NCBI GenBank assembly: GCA_963816145.1
Contig: CAWFJP010000003.1
Span: forward strand, 736,001 to 800,000
Length of the DNA: 64,000 bases
From: an uncultured delta proteobacterium
GTDB lineage: Bacteria; Desulfobacterota; Binatia; UBA9968
Reading direction: 5' to 3'
The position numbers were made by a program, and so were the translations under genes. Of this stretch, positions 19,110 to 28,005 are shown one piece after another. Within the stretch, counting starts at the first letter, position 1. Every line of letters begins with the position of its first letter. A model generated the notes under the pieces. That model worked only from the letters and a program-made list of their open reading frames with translations, made no database searches and was not told the origin of the DNA.

Positions 19110-20306
19110 CTACTGTAATTCCAACAGTGACGTTCCCTGGCGAAACAGTTCGCGTTGAATAATATGGCGCTGCACTTCCGACGGCCCCTCGATGATGCGC
19201 CGCGCCCGCGCGTGGCGGAAGGCGCGCGCGATCACATGCTCTTTGCGCATGGCCGATGGCCCCACCGCTTCAAGAGCGAAGTCGATAACTTTATGCGCCA
19301 GCTCCGTGCCAAATAACTTTACTTTCGCCGCGTCGACGCGCACGTCCATCTTCTGATCGGCGCGCCAGGACGCCGAATAAGTGAGCGCCTTGAGCGCTTC
19401 CAACTCACCCAGGAAATGACCGATGATACCGGCGTACTTATCGCCCTCTTTGGCGTCTTGGCGCAACACCTGGGCGACGGCATTGAGCACCCGCCGCGCC
19501 ATGCCATGGGCGCGGATACCGACCTGGAAACGGCGCGCACCGAGCCAAGCTTGATTGAGCGCCCAACCGTTGCCCACTTCGCCCAACACTTGCGACCTGT
19601 GCACCCGGCAGTCTTCAAACACCAACTCGCAAGGCTCGGTGCCGGCAATGGTCGCGATGCTGCGCGCCACCCGATAACCCGGTGTGCCGGTGTCGATGAG
19701 AAAACAGGTCACGCCTTCGCGCCCCTTGGTTCCCGGTAAGCGAGCGAAAAGTTGGACGAAGTCGGCGACATCGGCAAAGGTCGGAAACATCTTCGTGCCG
19801 TTGATCTCGAAATAGTCGCCGTCGGGCGTCGCCGTGGTTTGCATCATTGACGGGTCCGCCCCCGAAGCCGGCTCGCTCAGACCAAAGGCAGAAGTTTTCT
19901 CGCCGCGGATGCAGGGCCAGAGATATTTATCGATCTGGTCGCCTTGGCAGTTATACAAAATGTTCGAGACATGATTGCCGAACTCGAACGGGATCGAACT
20001 TTTCTCCAACTCCTCGGTAACCGCGATCATGACGACGTTGCTGACCTCCATGCCGCCATAGGCTTTGGGCACGTCGAGATGCCACAGCCCATTGGCTTCG
20101 GCGCGCTTCTCCAACCCTTCCATGATTTCCAAATAGCGACGAACCTCTGGGTCGGCGCTCGACTTCACCCGGCTCTTCCATCGGCTTCCTTCGAAAATGT
20201 CGGGCGCATAGGCGAACTCGGATTCCAGCGGTGCAAGTTCGGTGCGAACAAACTCCGCGACCGACTCGCGCAAACTCTCTTCTTCATCGGTCAAATGAAA
20301 ATTCAT
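19110..20306 (-). CDS. Acyl-CoA dehydrogenase, probably catalytic subunit
   Basis: AFGLSEPASGAD, INGTKMFPT, LGEVGNGW, RIIEGPSEVQR. Confidence 0.88.
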   Translation of the reverse strand: MNFHLTDEEESLRESVAEFVRTELAPLESEFAYAPDIFEGSRWKSRVKSSADPEVRRYLEIMEGLEKRAEANGLWHLDVPKAYGGMEVSNVVMIAVTEELEKSSIPFEFGNHVSNILYNCQGDQIDKYLWPCIRGEKTSAFGLSEPASGADPSMMQTTATPDGDYFEINGTKMFPTFADVADFVQLFARLPGTKGREGVTCFLIDTGTPGYRVARSIATIAGTEPCELVFEDCRVHRSQVLGEVGNGWALNQAWLGARRFQVGIRAHGMARRVLNAVAQVLRQDAKEGDKYAGIIGHFLGELEALKALTYSASWRADQKMDVRVDAAKVKLFGTELAHKVIDFALEAVGPSAMRKEHVIARAFRHARARRIIEGPSEVQRHIIQRELFRQGTSLLELQ

Positions 20307-20458
20307 GACGTAACTAATTCCCCCACAGCCCCTTTATCACAGCTTGCTCCGACAAAAAAAGCGAATTCAACCATTGACCGCCGAATCCCGCGTATGTTAA
20401 TCCGATCAGCTATCCAAATGTCGCAAGCAATCGCTGCGAAGAACGCTCCGGAGGTCCG

Positions 20459-21481
20459 ATGTCCGCTGTAAATCTGGCCAACGTCAACATTATCGACGCC
20501 GATGGCCATGTGCTCGACCGCGACGCCAATCTACGCAAGTTCATCCCCGAGCCCTACTGCCGGCGCCGCGGCTCACTTTTGCCGAGCGATGTTTGGGATT
20601 CCAGCATGTATGGCAAGCTCGACACGCCGAATCCAGACCTCGCGACCCGGTTGCGCGATATGGACACCGAACATATCGACATTTCCGTGCTGTTTCCCAC
20701 CGGCGGCTTCAGCGTCACCCAGTTACCGGAAAAAGATTACGCCGCGGCTTTCTGCCGCGGCTACAACGACTGGATCGCCAGTGTCTGCGCCGAGAGCCCC
20801 CGGCTCAAGGGAGTCGCGCTCGTGCCGTTTCAAGATGTCGATGCCGCAGCCAAGGAAACCCAGCGCGCCATCGGCGAACTCGGCCTCGCCGGCGTCGCCG
20901 TCGGCACCTTCGGCATGAAAGAACACCTCGGCCAACCGATGTACTGGCCGATCTACGAGCAACTGGAAAAGTTCAACGTCCCACTGCTGGTGCACAACTC
21001 GCGGCAGGGACCAGCCGGCGAAATCCGCTTCGACACGTTCTTATTTCGCCATACTATTGGACGGCCGTTTGAAACTTTGCTAGATTGCGCCGCACTGGTT
21101 TATGGCGGCGTGCCGGAAAGGTTCCCGAAATTGCGCATCGCCTTTCTCGAATGCGGCTGCGGTTGGGTGCCCTACTGGATGGATCGCATGGACGAAGAAT
21201 GGGAGAAGCGCAAAGCGGAAGCGCCGCTCTTGAAGAAAAAACCCAGCGAGTATATCACCGCAGGCAACTGGTTTTTCGCCGCCGAACCGGAAGAAAGCAC
21301 GGTGCCTTTTTGTTTGGAAAAGATCGGTGAGGATGTCATTTTATTCGCATCGGACTATCCCCACTGGGACGGCGGTTTTCCCTATATGACAGCGACCGTC
21401 AAGGGGCGAAAAGATATTAGCGAACCGCAAAAGCGCAAAATCATGCGCGATAATGCGGCGCGGCTTTACGGTTGGCATTGA
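20459..21481 (+). CDS. Amidohydrolase_2 family protein
   Basis: IDADGH, VLFPT, YNDW, LLVH, AFLECGCGW, FASDYPHWD. Confidence 0.9.
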   Translation: MSAVNLANVNIIDADGHVLDRDANLRKFIPEPYCRRRGSLLPSDVWDSSMYGKLDTPNPDLATRLRDMDTEHIDISVLFPTGGFSVTQLPEKDYAAAFCRGYNDWIASVCAESPRLKGVALVPFQDVDAAAKETQRAIGELGLAGVAVGTFGMKEHLGQPMYWPIYEQLEKFNVPLLVHNSRQGPAGEIRFDTFLFRHTIGRPFETLLDCAALVYGGVPERFPKLRIAFLECGCGWVPYWMDRMDEEWEKRKAEAPLLKKKPSEYITAGNWFFAAEPEESTVPFCLEKIGEDVILFASDYPHWDGGFPYMTATVKGRKDISEPQKRKIMRDNAARLYGWH

Positions 21482-21496
21482 GCAAAGGAGTCTCAC

Positions 21497-21988
21497 TTGA
21501 AAATTAAACCGGCGGCATTGTTTAGCCTAGTCGTGCTGATTTTTTTCTGCGTGTTTGTGTATGAAGCCAAAGACTGGCGCATGCAGGCGCGGCTCTATCC
21601 CTGGGCCATCGGCATACCGATGCTGATCTGCGCGATTGTCCAGCTCATCTTGGATCTCAAAGGGGTCAAGGCCAAGCAGTCATCGGACGGCGCGCCGATG
21701 GATTTTCAGTTTCAACAGACCGACGTGTCCCCCGAGGACGTCCGCAAACGAACCATCACGATGTTCGCCTGGATGTTTGGGTTTTTTGCCATGATCTGGC
21801 TTGTCGGATACGTGGTTGCGATTCCGCTGATGGTATTTGGCTACCTCAAGTTCCAGTCGAACGAAGCCTGGGGACTCTCGATCACGCTTACGGTAATCGC
21901 CTTCATATTTTTCTATGCCCTGTTCGTCAGGTTGCTCAATCTGCCGTTTCCCGATGGCGCCGCGCAGACCATGCTCGGCCTAGTCTAG
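21497..21988 (+). CDS. tctB: TctB-family small transmembrane subunit
   Basis: Four hydrophobic segments, ARLYP, FVRLLNLPFPDG; AAGGAG before TTG. Confidence 0.8.
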   Translation: MKIKPAALFSLVVLIFFCVFVYEAKDWRMQARLYPWAIGIPMLICAIVQLILDLKGVKAKQSSDGAPMDFQFQQTDVSPEDVRKRTITMFAWMFGFFAMIWLVGYVVAIPLMVFGYLKFQSNEAWGLSITLTVIAFIFFYALFVRLLNLPFPDGAAQTMLGLV

Positions 21989-22112
21989 AGTTTATTTGCC
22001 CGTACCGTCACTTAGAAATTTGCCCCGGCGCCGGAAATAATTCCGGCGCCGAGATTGCCTCATACTCAAAGCGATTAAATTGACGGAACCCCGCTGCGGG
22101 AGGGAAAATTCC

Positions 22113-23177
22113 ATGGGAATATTTGAGCGCTCACCGTGTCGCCGATTTCTCGCCGCCGGGCTCTTTGCGATGCTGGTTTTTGCGATCAGCAGCAATGCCC
22201 AAGCCCAAACCGAAAGCTTTTACAGCGGCAAGACTGTACGAATCCTAGTCGGCGCAACGCCCGGCGGTTTTTACGACCGTTGGGCCCGGCTGCTCGCGCG
22301 TTACATTCCCAAATACATCGCCGGCAATCCTAACTTCGTCGTGCAAAACATGCCAGGGGCCGGCTCCGTGGTGGTGGCCAACTACACTTACAATATGGCG
22401 AAGCCTGACGGACTAACGCTGGTGATGCCGCTCAACAGCTTACACCTCGACCAGATCGTCGGCCGGCCCGAAGTAAAGTACGATTTGCGCAAATTCGAAT
22501 ATATCGGCAGCCAAGAAAAAACCCCGACCATGATGTATTTCCGCGCCGACAGCCCGATCAAGACGCTCGGCGATATCATTGCGGCCAAGGAACCGCCCAA
22601 GTGCGGATCAAGCGGCACAACCAGCACGGCCTACACCGTGTCGAAGCTTTTGAACGAAGCCTTCAAGGCCAAAACCATCAGCATCAGCGGCTACCAGGGT
22701 GGCAGCGAGATCGACCTGGCCGTCGAGCGCGGCGAAATCGTTTGCCGTCAAATGGATGTGCCGCCGCACTTTGGGCGGGAACCCTTCGACGGTTGGCACA
22801 AGCGAAACTTCGACCGTCATATATTTCAAGGCGGCCCCAAGCGCGATGCGCGTTTGGCCGAGGTGCCGACGCTGTTCGAGCTGCTCGACCAATATAAAGC
22901 GCCGGCGATCATGCGCAGCCTGACCCGCATCATACTCGCCAGCGGTGAACTGGGCCGGCCCATGATGGCCGGTCCCGGTGTGCCAGCGGAACGGGTCAAA
23001 GCGTTACGGGAAGCCTACGCCAGAGCAATGCGCGACCCAGGCCTGATCGAAGAAGCCAAGAAAGGCCAGATGGACCTGGAACATACTTCCGGTGAAGAAC
23101 TGCAAGAACAGATTAAAGAGATCATGAGTCAACCGCGCGAAGTGATCGATCTGGTTAAAAAAGTGTTGGCGGATTGA
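22113..23177 (+). CDS. tctC: TctC/Bug substrate-binding protein (array 1, group A)
   Basis: FYSGKTV, TPGGFYDRWAR, VQNMPGAG, KPDGLT, GYQGGSEIDLAVERGE. Confidence 0.88.
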   Translation: MGIFERSPCRRFLAAGLFAMLVFAISSNAQAQTESFYSGKTVRILVGATPGGFYDRWARLLARYIPKYIAGNPNFVVQNMPGAGSVVVANYTYNMAKPDGLTLVMPLNSLHLDQIVGRPEVKYDLRKFEYIGSQEKTPTMMYFRADSPIKTLGDIIAAKEPPKCGSSGTTSTAYTVSKLLNEAFKAKTISISGYQGGSEIDLAVERGEIVCRQMDVPPHFGREPFDGWHKRNFDRHIFQGGPKRDARLAEVPTLFELLDQYKAPAIMRSLTRIILASGELGRPMMAGPGVPAERVKALREAYARAMRDPGLIEEAKKGQMDLEHTSGEELQEQIKEIMSQPREVIDLVKKVLAD

Positions 23178-23184
23178 GGTAGTT

Positions 23185-24282
23185 ATGAAACATAAATTCA
23201 CAATTCCGTTTAAGAACTCAAAGGTTCAAGGGTTCAATCGGATCTTGTTCGGCGCGCTCTTTCTAACCCTTGAATTCTTGAACCCCTTGAACCTTGAACC
23301 AGCGGCGGCGCAGACGCCGCCTTTTTATCAAGACAAGACCGTCCGCATCGTTGTCGGCTTCACCCCCGGCGGCTTCTACGACCGTTGGGCGCGGCTCCTG
23401 TCGCGCTACATGCCCAAATATATTCCCGGCAATCCTAACTTCGTCGTCCAGAACATGCCCGGCGCCAGCTCGGTGATCGCCGCCAATTATGTTTACAATT
23501 TGTCCAAGGCCGACGGCCTGACGCTGCTGGTGCCGATCAACAGTCTCTATCTCGATCAAGTGGTTGGACGCCAAGAAGTGAAGTTCGACGTGGGCAAATT
23601 CGAATTCATCGGCACTCAAGAGAAGGCGCCGACATTATTGTATTTTCGCGCCGACAGCCCGTTCAAAACCCTGAACGATATTATCAACGCCAAGGAACCG
23701 CCGAAATGCGGCTCGACCGGCACGGCGAGCACCGGCTACCTGCTCGCCAAGATCATGGACGAAGCCTTCAAGGCGAGAATGGCCACGGTCACCGGCTATC
23801 AGGGCGGCAGTGAGATCGACATCGCCGTCGAACGCGGCGAAATCGTCTGCCGCGGCATGGACATTCCGCCGCACTTCGGTCGCGAGCCATTTGACAGCTG
23901 GCACAAGAAGGGCTTTGACCGTCACATTCTCCAAAGCGGGCCCAAGAAAGACCCGCGCATGGGTGACGCGCCGACGCTCTTTGAGTTCATGGATCAATTT
24001 AAGACGCCCGATGTCGTCCGCCGCGCCGCCCGCGTGATTATGGCGAGCGGTGATTTCGGCCGGCCCATGGTCGCCGGCCCCGGCAATCCGCCCGACCGCA
24101 TCAAGATCCTGCGCGATGCCTACGCCAAAGCGATGCGCGATCCGGGGCTCATCGAAGAAGCCAAGAAAAGCCAGATGGACATGGAATATACCTCCGGCGA
24201 AGACCTCCAAACACTGATGAAAGAGCTGATGAATCAGCCGCACGAAGCGATCGAACGGGTGAAAAAAATCCTCGCAGACTGA
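23185..24282 (+). CDS. tctC: TctC/Bug substrate-binding protein (array 2, group A, hairpin leader at 23208-23299)
   Basis: TctC motifs; leader FKNSKVQGFN...LEFLNPLNLEPAAAQ. Confidence 0.88.
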   Translation: MKHKFTIPFKNSKVQGFNRILFGALFLTLEFLNPLNLEPAAAQTPPFYQDKTVRIVVGFTPGGFYDRWARLLSRYMPKYIPGNPNFVVQNMPGASSVIAANYVYNLSKADGLTLLVPINSLYLDQVVGRQEVKFDVGKFEFIGTQEKAPTLLYFRADSPFKTLNDIINAKEPPKCGSTGTASTGYLLAKIMDEAFKARMATVTGYQGGSEIDIAVERGEIVCRGMDIPPHFGREPFDSWHKKGFDRHILQSGPKKDPRMGDAPTLFEFMDQFKTPDVVRRAARVIMASGDFGRPMVAGPGNPPDRIKILRDAYAKAMRDPGLIEEAKKSQMDMEYTSGEDLQTLMKELMNQPHEAIERVKKILAD

Positions 24283-24289
24283 GGTGCTT

Positions 24290-25375
24290 ATGAAATTCAC
24301 AAACCAGTTCAAAGGTTCAACAGTTCAAAGGTTCAAAGTTCTCGGATTTTTAATCTTCTTTGTCGTTGAACTTTTGAACCTTTTGAACCTTGAACCAGCG
24401 TCTGCGCAGCAGACGCCGTTCTATCAAGGTAAAACCATTCGCATCATCGTAGGTCTGACGCCGGGCGGCTTCTACGATCGCTGGGCGCGCCTACTCGCCC
24501 GCTTCATGCCGCTTTATATACCGGGCAATCCCAGCTTCATCGTGCAGAACATGCCGGGCGCGGGATCGATGATCGCAATGAATCATGTCTTCGGCGTCGC
24601 CAAGCCGGATGGGCTCACCGTGGTCATGCCCAACTACGGCGTCTATCTCGATCAGTTAGCAGGACGGAAAGAAGTCCGTTTCGACATCACCAAGGGCTAT
24701 TACATCGGCTCGCCGGAGAAAAGCGATATCGTTCTCTACGCCCGGGCCGACGCCCCATTCAAATCAGTTCAGGACATGAGAAAGCTCGCCGAGCCTGCGA
24801 AGTGCGGCGCCACCGGCACCGCCGGCGCGGATTACCTGATTGCCAAAGTTCTCGACGACACACTTGGCGTGAAAATCAATTCGGTGCTTGGCTATGCCGG
24901 CGGCAGCGAGATCGACATCGCCGTGGAGAAAGGAGAAGTGCTCTGCCGCGGCATGACCATCGCGCCCCATTTCGGCCGCGAGCCTTTCGATAGCTGGCAT
25001 AAGAAGGGCTTCGATCAGCATATCGTTCAAACCGCGGAGAAGCGCGATGGCCGCATCGCTGACGTGCCAACGCTTTACGAAATCTTCGACAAAGAAAACA
25101 CCGCCGATGAGAGCCGGCGGGTCGCCGATGTTATTTTGCGCGGCGGCGACTTTGGCCGCCCCATGCTGGCCGGCCCCGGCACGCCCCTCGACCGCGTGAA
25201 GATACTGCGCGAGGCCTACGTCAAATCAATTAGCAATCCGGAGCTTCTCGCCGAAGCCAAGAAGGCCCGTATGGATGTGGAACCGGTTACTGGCGAACAG
25301 CTGGATGCACTGGCGAAACGAGTCATGAACCAGCCTGCCGGAGTCATCAACAGGGTAAAAAAGATTTTGGAGTAA
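24290..25375 (+). CDS. tctC: TctC/Bug substrate-binding protein (array 3, group A, hairpin leader at 24307-24395)
   Basis: TctC motifs; GAGG RBS; leader FKGSTVQRFK...VELLNLLNLEPASAQ. Confidence 0.88.
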   Translation: MKFTNQFKGSTVQRFKVLGFLIFFVVELLNLLNLEPASAQQTPFYQGKTIRIIVGLTPGGFYDRWARLLARFMPLYIPGNPSFIVQNMPGAGSMIAMNHVFGVAKPDGLTVVMPNYGVYLDQLAGRKEVRFDITKGYYIGSPEKSDIVLYARADAPFKSVQDMRKLAEPAKCGATGTAGADYLIAKVLDDTLGVKINSVLGYAGGSEIDIAVEKGEVLCRGMTIAPHFGREPFDSWHKKGFDQHIVQTAEKRDGRIADVPTLYEIFDKENTADESRRVADVILRGGDFGRPMLAGPGTPLDRVKILREAYVKSISNPELLAEAKKARMDVEPVTGEQLDALAKRVMNQPAGVINRVKKILE

Positions 25376-25411
25376 GCGCTGGAAATCCATCAGCCGTAGG
25401 AACAATGAGTT

Positions 25412-25728
25412 ATGATGAGAGTTGCTCTGTTCGCGGTGTGTTTGTTTCTGCTTTGCGCGTCGAAGGTGCCGGCCCAGACACCCTCTACCAAGGCAAACAA
25501 ATTAAAGTCGTCGTTGGTTTCACCACCGGCGGTTTTTACGATCGCTGGGCCAGGCTGCTGTCCCGATACATGCCGAAACATATCCCGGGTAGCCCTGAGA
25601 GCGGCGAGAATCTGGAAAAGCTCGTCAGCAAGACTATGAACCAACCTGCCGACGTTATTGCGCGGGTCAAGAAACTTCTGGGCAATCAGTTGATTAAACC
25701 ATTTTCGATGGTAATTTTCGCGTTATAA
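25412..25728 (+). pseudogene. tctC remnant (array 4): frameshift after the signal peptide and a large internal deletion
   Basis: Signal MMRVALFAV...AQTP is out of frame with YQGKQIK...GGFYDRWAR...HIPG, which joins directly to the C-terminal SGENLEKL...RVKKLLG. Confidence 0.8.
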
Positions 25729-25752
25729 AAAATTTAGGAGGTTAGAAGCTAG

Positions 25753-26781
25753 ATGTTAAGAGTCTTAGTTATTTTATCGATCCTGATGATTGGCCAAGCG
25801 GCTCACGCCCAGACCCCGTTTTATCAAGGAAAAACCATTACGATCATTGTCGGCACCAAGGCGGGCGACGCCTATGATTTATATCCGCGCATGCTCGCCG
25901 AGTTCATGCCCAAATACATTCCCGGCAACCCCAACATCATTATTCAGAACGTCCCAGGGGCGGCGTCGATGATCGCCGCTAATCAAGTTTATAATATTGC
26001 CAAACCGGACGGCCTGACCCTCGGCGCGATCTATCCGGCGCTCTATTTCGAGCAACTCACGAAAAAGCCCGAGGTAAAATTCGACTGGACCAAATTCGGT
26101 TGGATCGGCAATCCAGTGACATCGAATCATCTCCTCTACATGCGCTCGGATGCGCCGTACAAGTCGATGGACGATATCAAGAACGCCAAGGAGGCTCCGA
26201 AGTGCGGCTCCAACGGCATCACCTCGACGGGCTACTACCTGCCCAAGCTCATGGAGGAAGCCCTCGGCACGAAATTTGACATCGTGTTAGGCTATCAGTC
26301 CGGCCAGGACGTCGACCTTGCCGTCGAGCGCGGCGAGATCGTCTGCCGCGCCTTTACGATCACCGCCTACTTCGCCCGCGAGCCGTTCATTTCCTGGCGC
26401 AAGCGCGGCTTCGTCAACACGCTGATGCAGAGCGGCGCAAAGCGCGATTCTCGCCTCAAAGATGCGCCGACGATCTATGAGCTCATGGATAAATACAAGA
26501 CCAACGCCGCCGGCCGAAGTCTGGCTAAGGTAGTCCTGTCCGCCGGCGAATTTGGCCGCCCCCTTGTCACACCTCCAGGGTTACCCGCGGACCGGCTAAA
26601 GATCTTGCGCGATGCCTTCGATAAAGCGGTCAAAGATCCCGAGCTCTTGGCGACCGCGGAAAAACGGCGCCTGGAAATGGATCCGGAGAACGGCGCGGAA
26701 ATGGAAGCCCTGTCGAAAGAAGTGATGGCAGCGACCCCCGACGTCATCCAGCGCATGCAGAAACTATTAGGCGGTAAGTAG
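25753..26781 (+). CDS. tctC: TctC/Bug substrate-binding protein (array 5, group B)
   Basis: KAGDAYDLYPR, PKCG, AVERGEIVCR; ordinary short signal peptide. Confidence 0.88.
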   Translation: MLRVLVILSILMIGQAAHAQTPFYQGKTITIIVGTKAGDAYDLYPRMLAEFMPKYIPGNPNIIIQNVPGAASMIAANQVYNIAKPDGLTLGAIYPALYFEQLTKKPEVKFDWTKFGWIGNPVTSNHLLYMRSDAPYKSMDDIKNAKEAPKCGSNGITSTGYYLPKLMEEALGTKFDIVLGYQSGQDVDLAVERGEIVCRAFTITAYFAREPFISWRKRGFVNTLMQSGAKRDSRLKDAPTIYELMDKYKTNAAGRSLAKVVLSAGEFGRPLVTPPGLPADRLKILRDAFDKAVKDPELLATAEKRRLEMDPENGAEMEALSKEVMAATPDVIQRMQKLLGGK

Positions 26782-26875
26782 AAATTAACCGCCGGGCGAT
26801 CCCTCAAGGCGGTTGCATCGCAGCAGCCTTGAGGGATATGCTCCGGCCAATTTATCGGCGGGAAGGAGAAACCTT

Positions 26876-27901
26876 ATGTTTTCAACTCTCGTTGTTTTGG
26901 CCGTTCTTGCCTGGAGCTCGACGCTTTTCGCGCAAGCGCCCTTCTACCAAGGTAAGACCATCACCATCGCCGCCGGCACCAAAGCGGGCGATGTCTACGA
27001 TCTCTATCCGCGACTGCTTGCGGAATACATGCCCAAGCATATCCCGGGCAGCCCCAACATCATTGTGCAAAACATCCCGGGCGCGGCTTCGTTGATCGCC
27101 GCCAACCAAGTCTATAATACCGGTAAACCTGACGGATTGTCTCTGGCGGCGATCTATCCGGCGCTCTATTTCGATCAGCTGATCAAGCGACCGGAAGTGA
27201 AATACGACTGGGCAAAATGGCAGTGGCTTGGCAGCCCGGTAAAATCGAACCAGCTGCTCTACATGCGCGCCGACACCCCATACAAATCGATGGATGACAT
27301 CCGCAAAGCGGCGACGGCGCCCAAGTGCGGCTCCACCGGTATCGCTTCTGCAGGCTACTACATACCCAAGCTCTTGGAGGAAGTGCTCGGCACCAAGTTC
27401 GATGTCGTGTCGGGCTACCAATCCGGGCAAGATATCGATCTGGCGGTGGAACGGGGCGAGCTCCAGTGCCGGGCGTTTACCATCACCGCTTACTATGCCC
27501 GGGAGCCGTTTATCTCCTGGCGCAAACGGAATTTCACCAATGTGTTGGTCCAAACCGGCAGCCAGCGCGACGCGCGAATCAAGGACTCGCCGACGATTTA
27601 TGAGTTGATGGATCGATACAAAACCAGCGGGACGGGACGAACCCTGGCGAAAGTAATCCTGGCTTCGGGAGATTTGGGACGCCCCATCGTCGCGCCGCCG
27701 GGTGTGCCGGCGGATCGGATCAAAATGCTGCGAGACGGCTTCGATAAGACTGTCGCCGACCCGGCGTTCCTTGCGGAAGCGGAAAAGCGCCGGCTCGAAA
27801 TCGATCCGACCAAATGGGATGAAATGGAGACGCTGGCAAAAGAAGTCATGACCACACCCGCGGATGTGGTGGCGCGCATGCGCAAGCTCTTGGGCGACTA
27901 A
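26876..27901 (+). CDS. tctC: TctC/Bug substrate-binding protein (array 6, group B)
   Basis: KAGDVYDLYPR; AAGGAG RBS; hairpin ATCCCTCAAGGC...GCCTTGAGGGAT upstream at 26791-26847. Confidence 0.88.
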   Translation: MFSTLVVLAVLAWSSTLFAQAPFYQGKTITIAAGTKAGDVYDLYPRLLAEYMPKHIPGSPNIIVQNIPGAASLIAANQVYNTGKPDGLSLAAIYPALYFDQLIKRPEVKYDWAKWQWLGSPVKSNQLLYMRADTPYKSMDDIRKAATAPKCGSTGIASAGYYIPKLLEEVLGTKFDVVSGYQSGQDIDLAVERGELQCRAFTITAYYAREPFISWRKRNFTNVLVQTGSQRDARIKDSPTIYELMDRYKTSGTGRTLAKVILASGDLGRPIVAPPGVPADRIKMLRDGFDKTVADPAFLAEAEKRRLEIDPTKWDEMETLAKEVMTTPADVVARMRKLLGD

Positions 27902-28005
27902 CGGGCAATCGATCTCGTAGTCACGGGCCTAGCCCGTGGATCTGGCTCGTGTTGCGATTCGCCGCCGGCGATTGTACACGGGAAATAAATAACGGAGGCC
28001 GTTGC

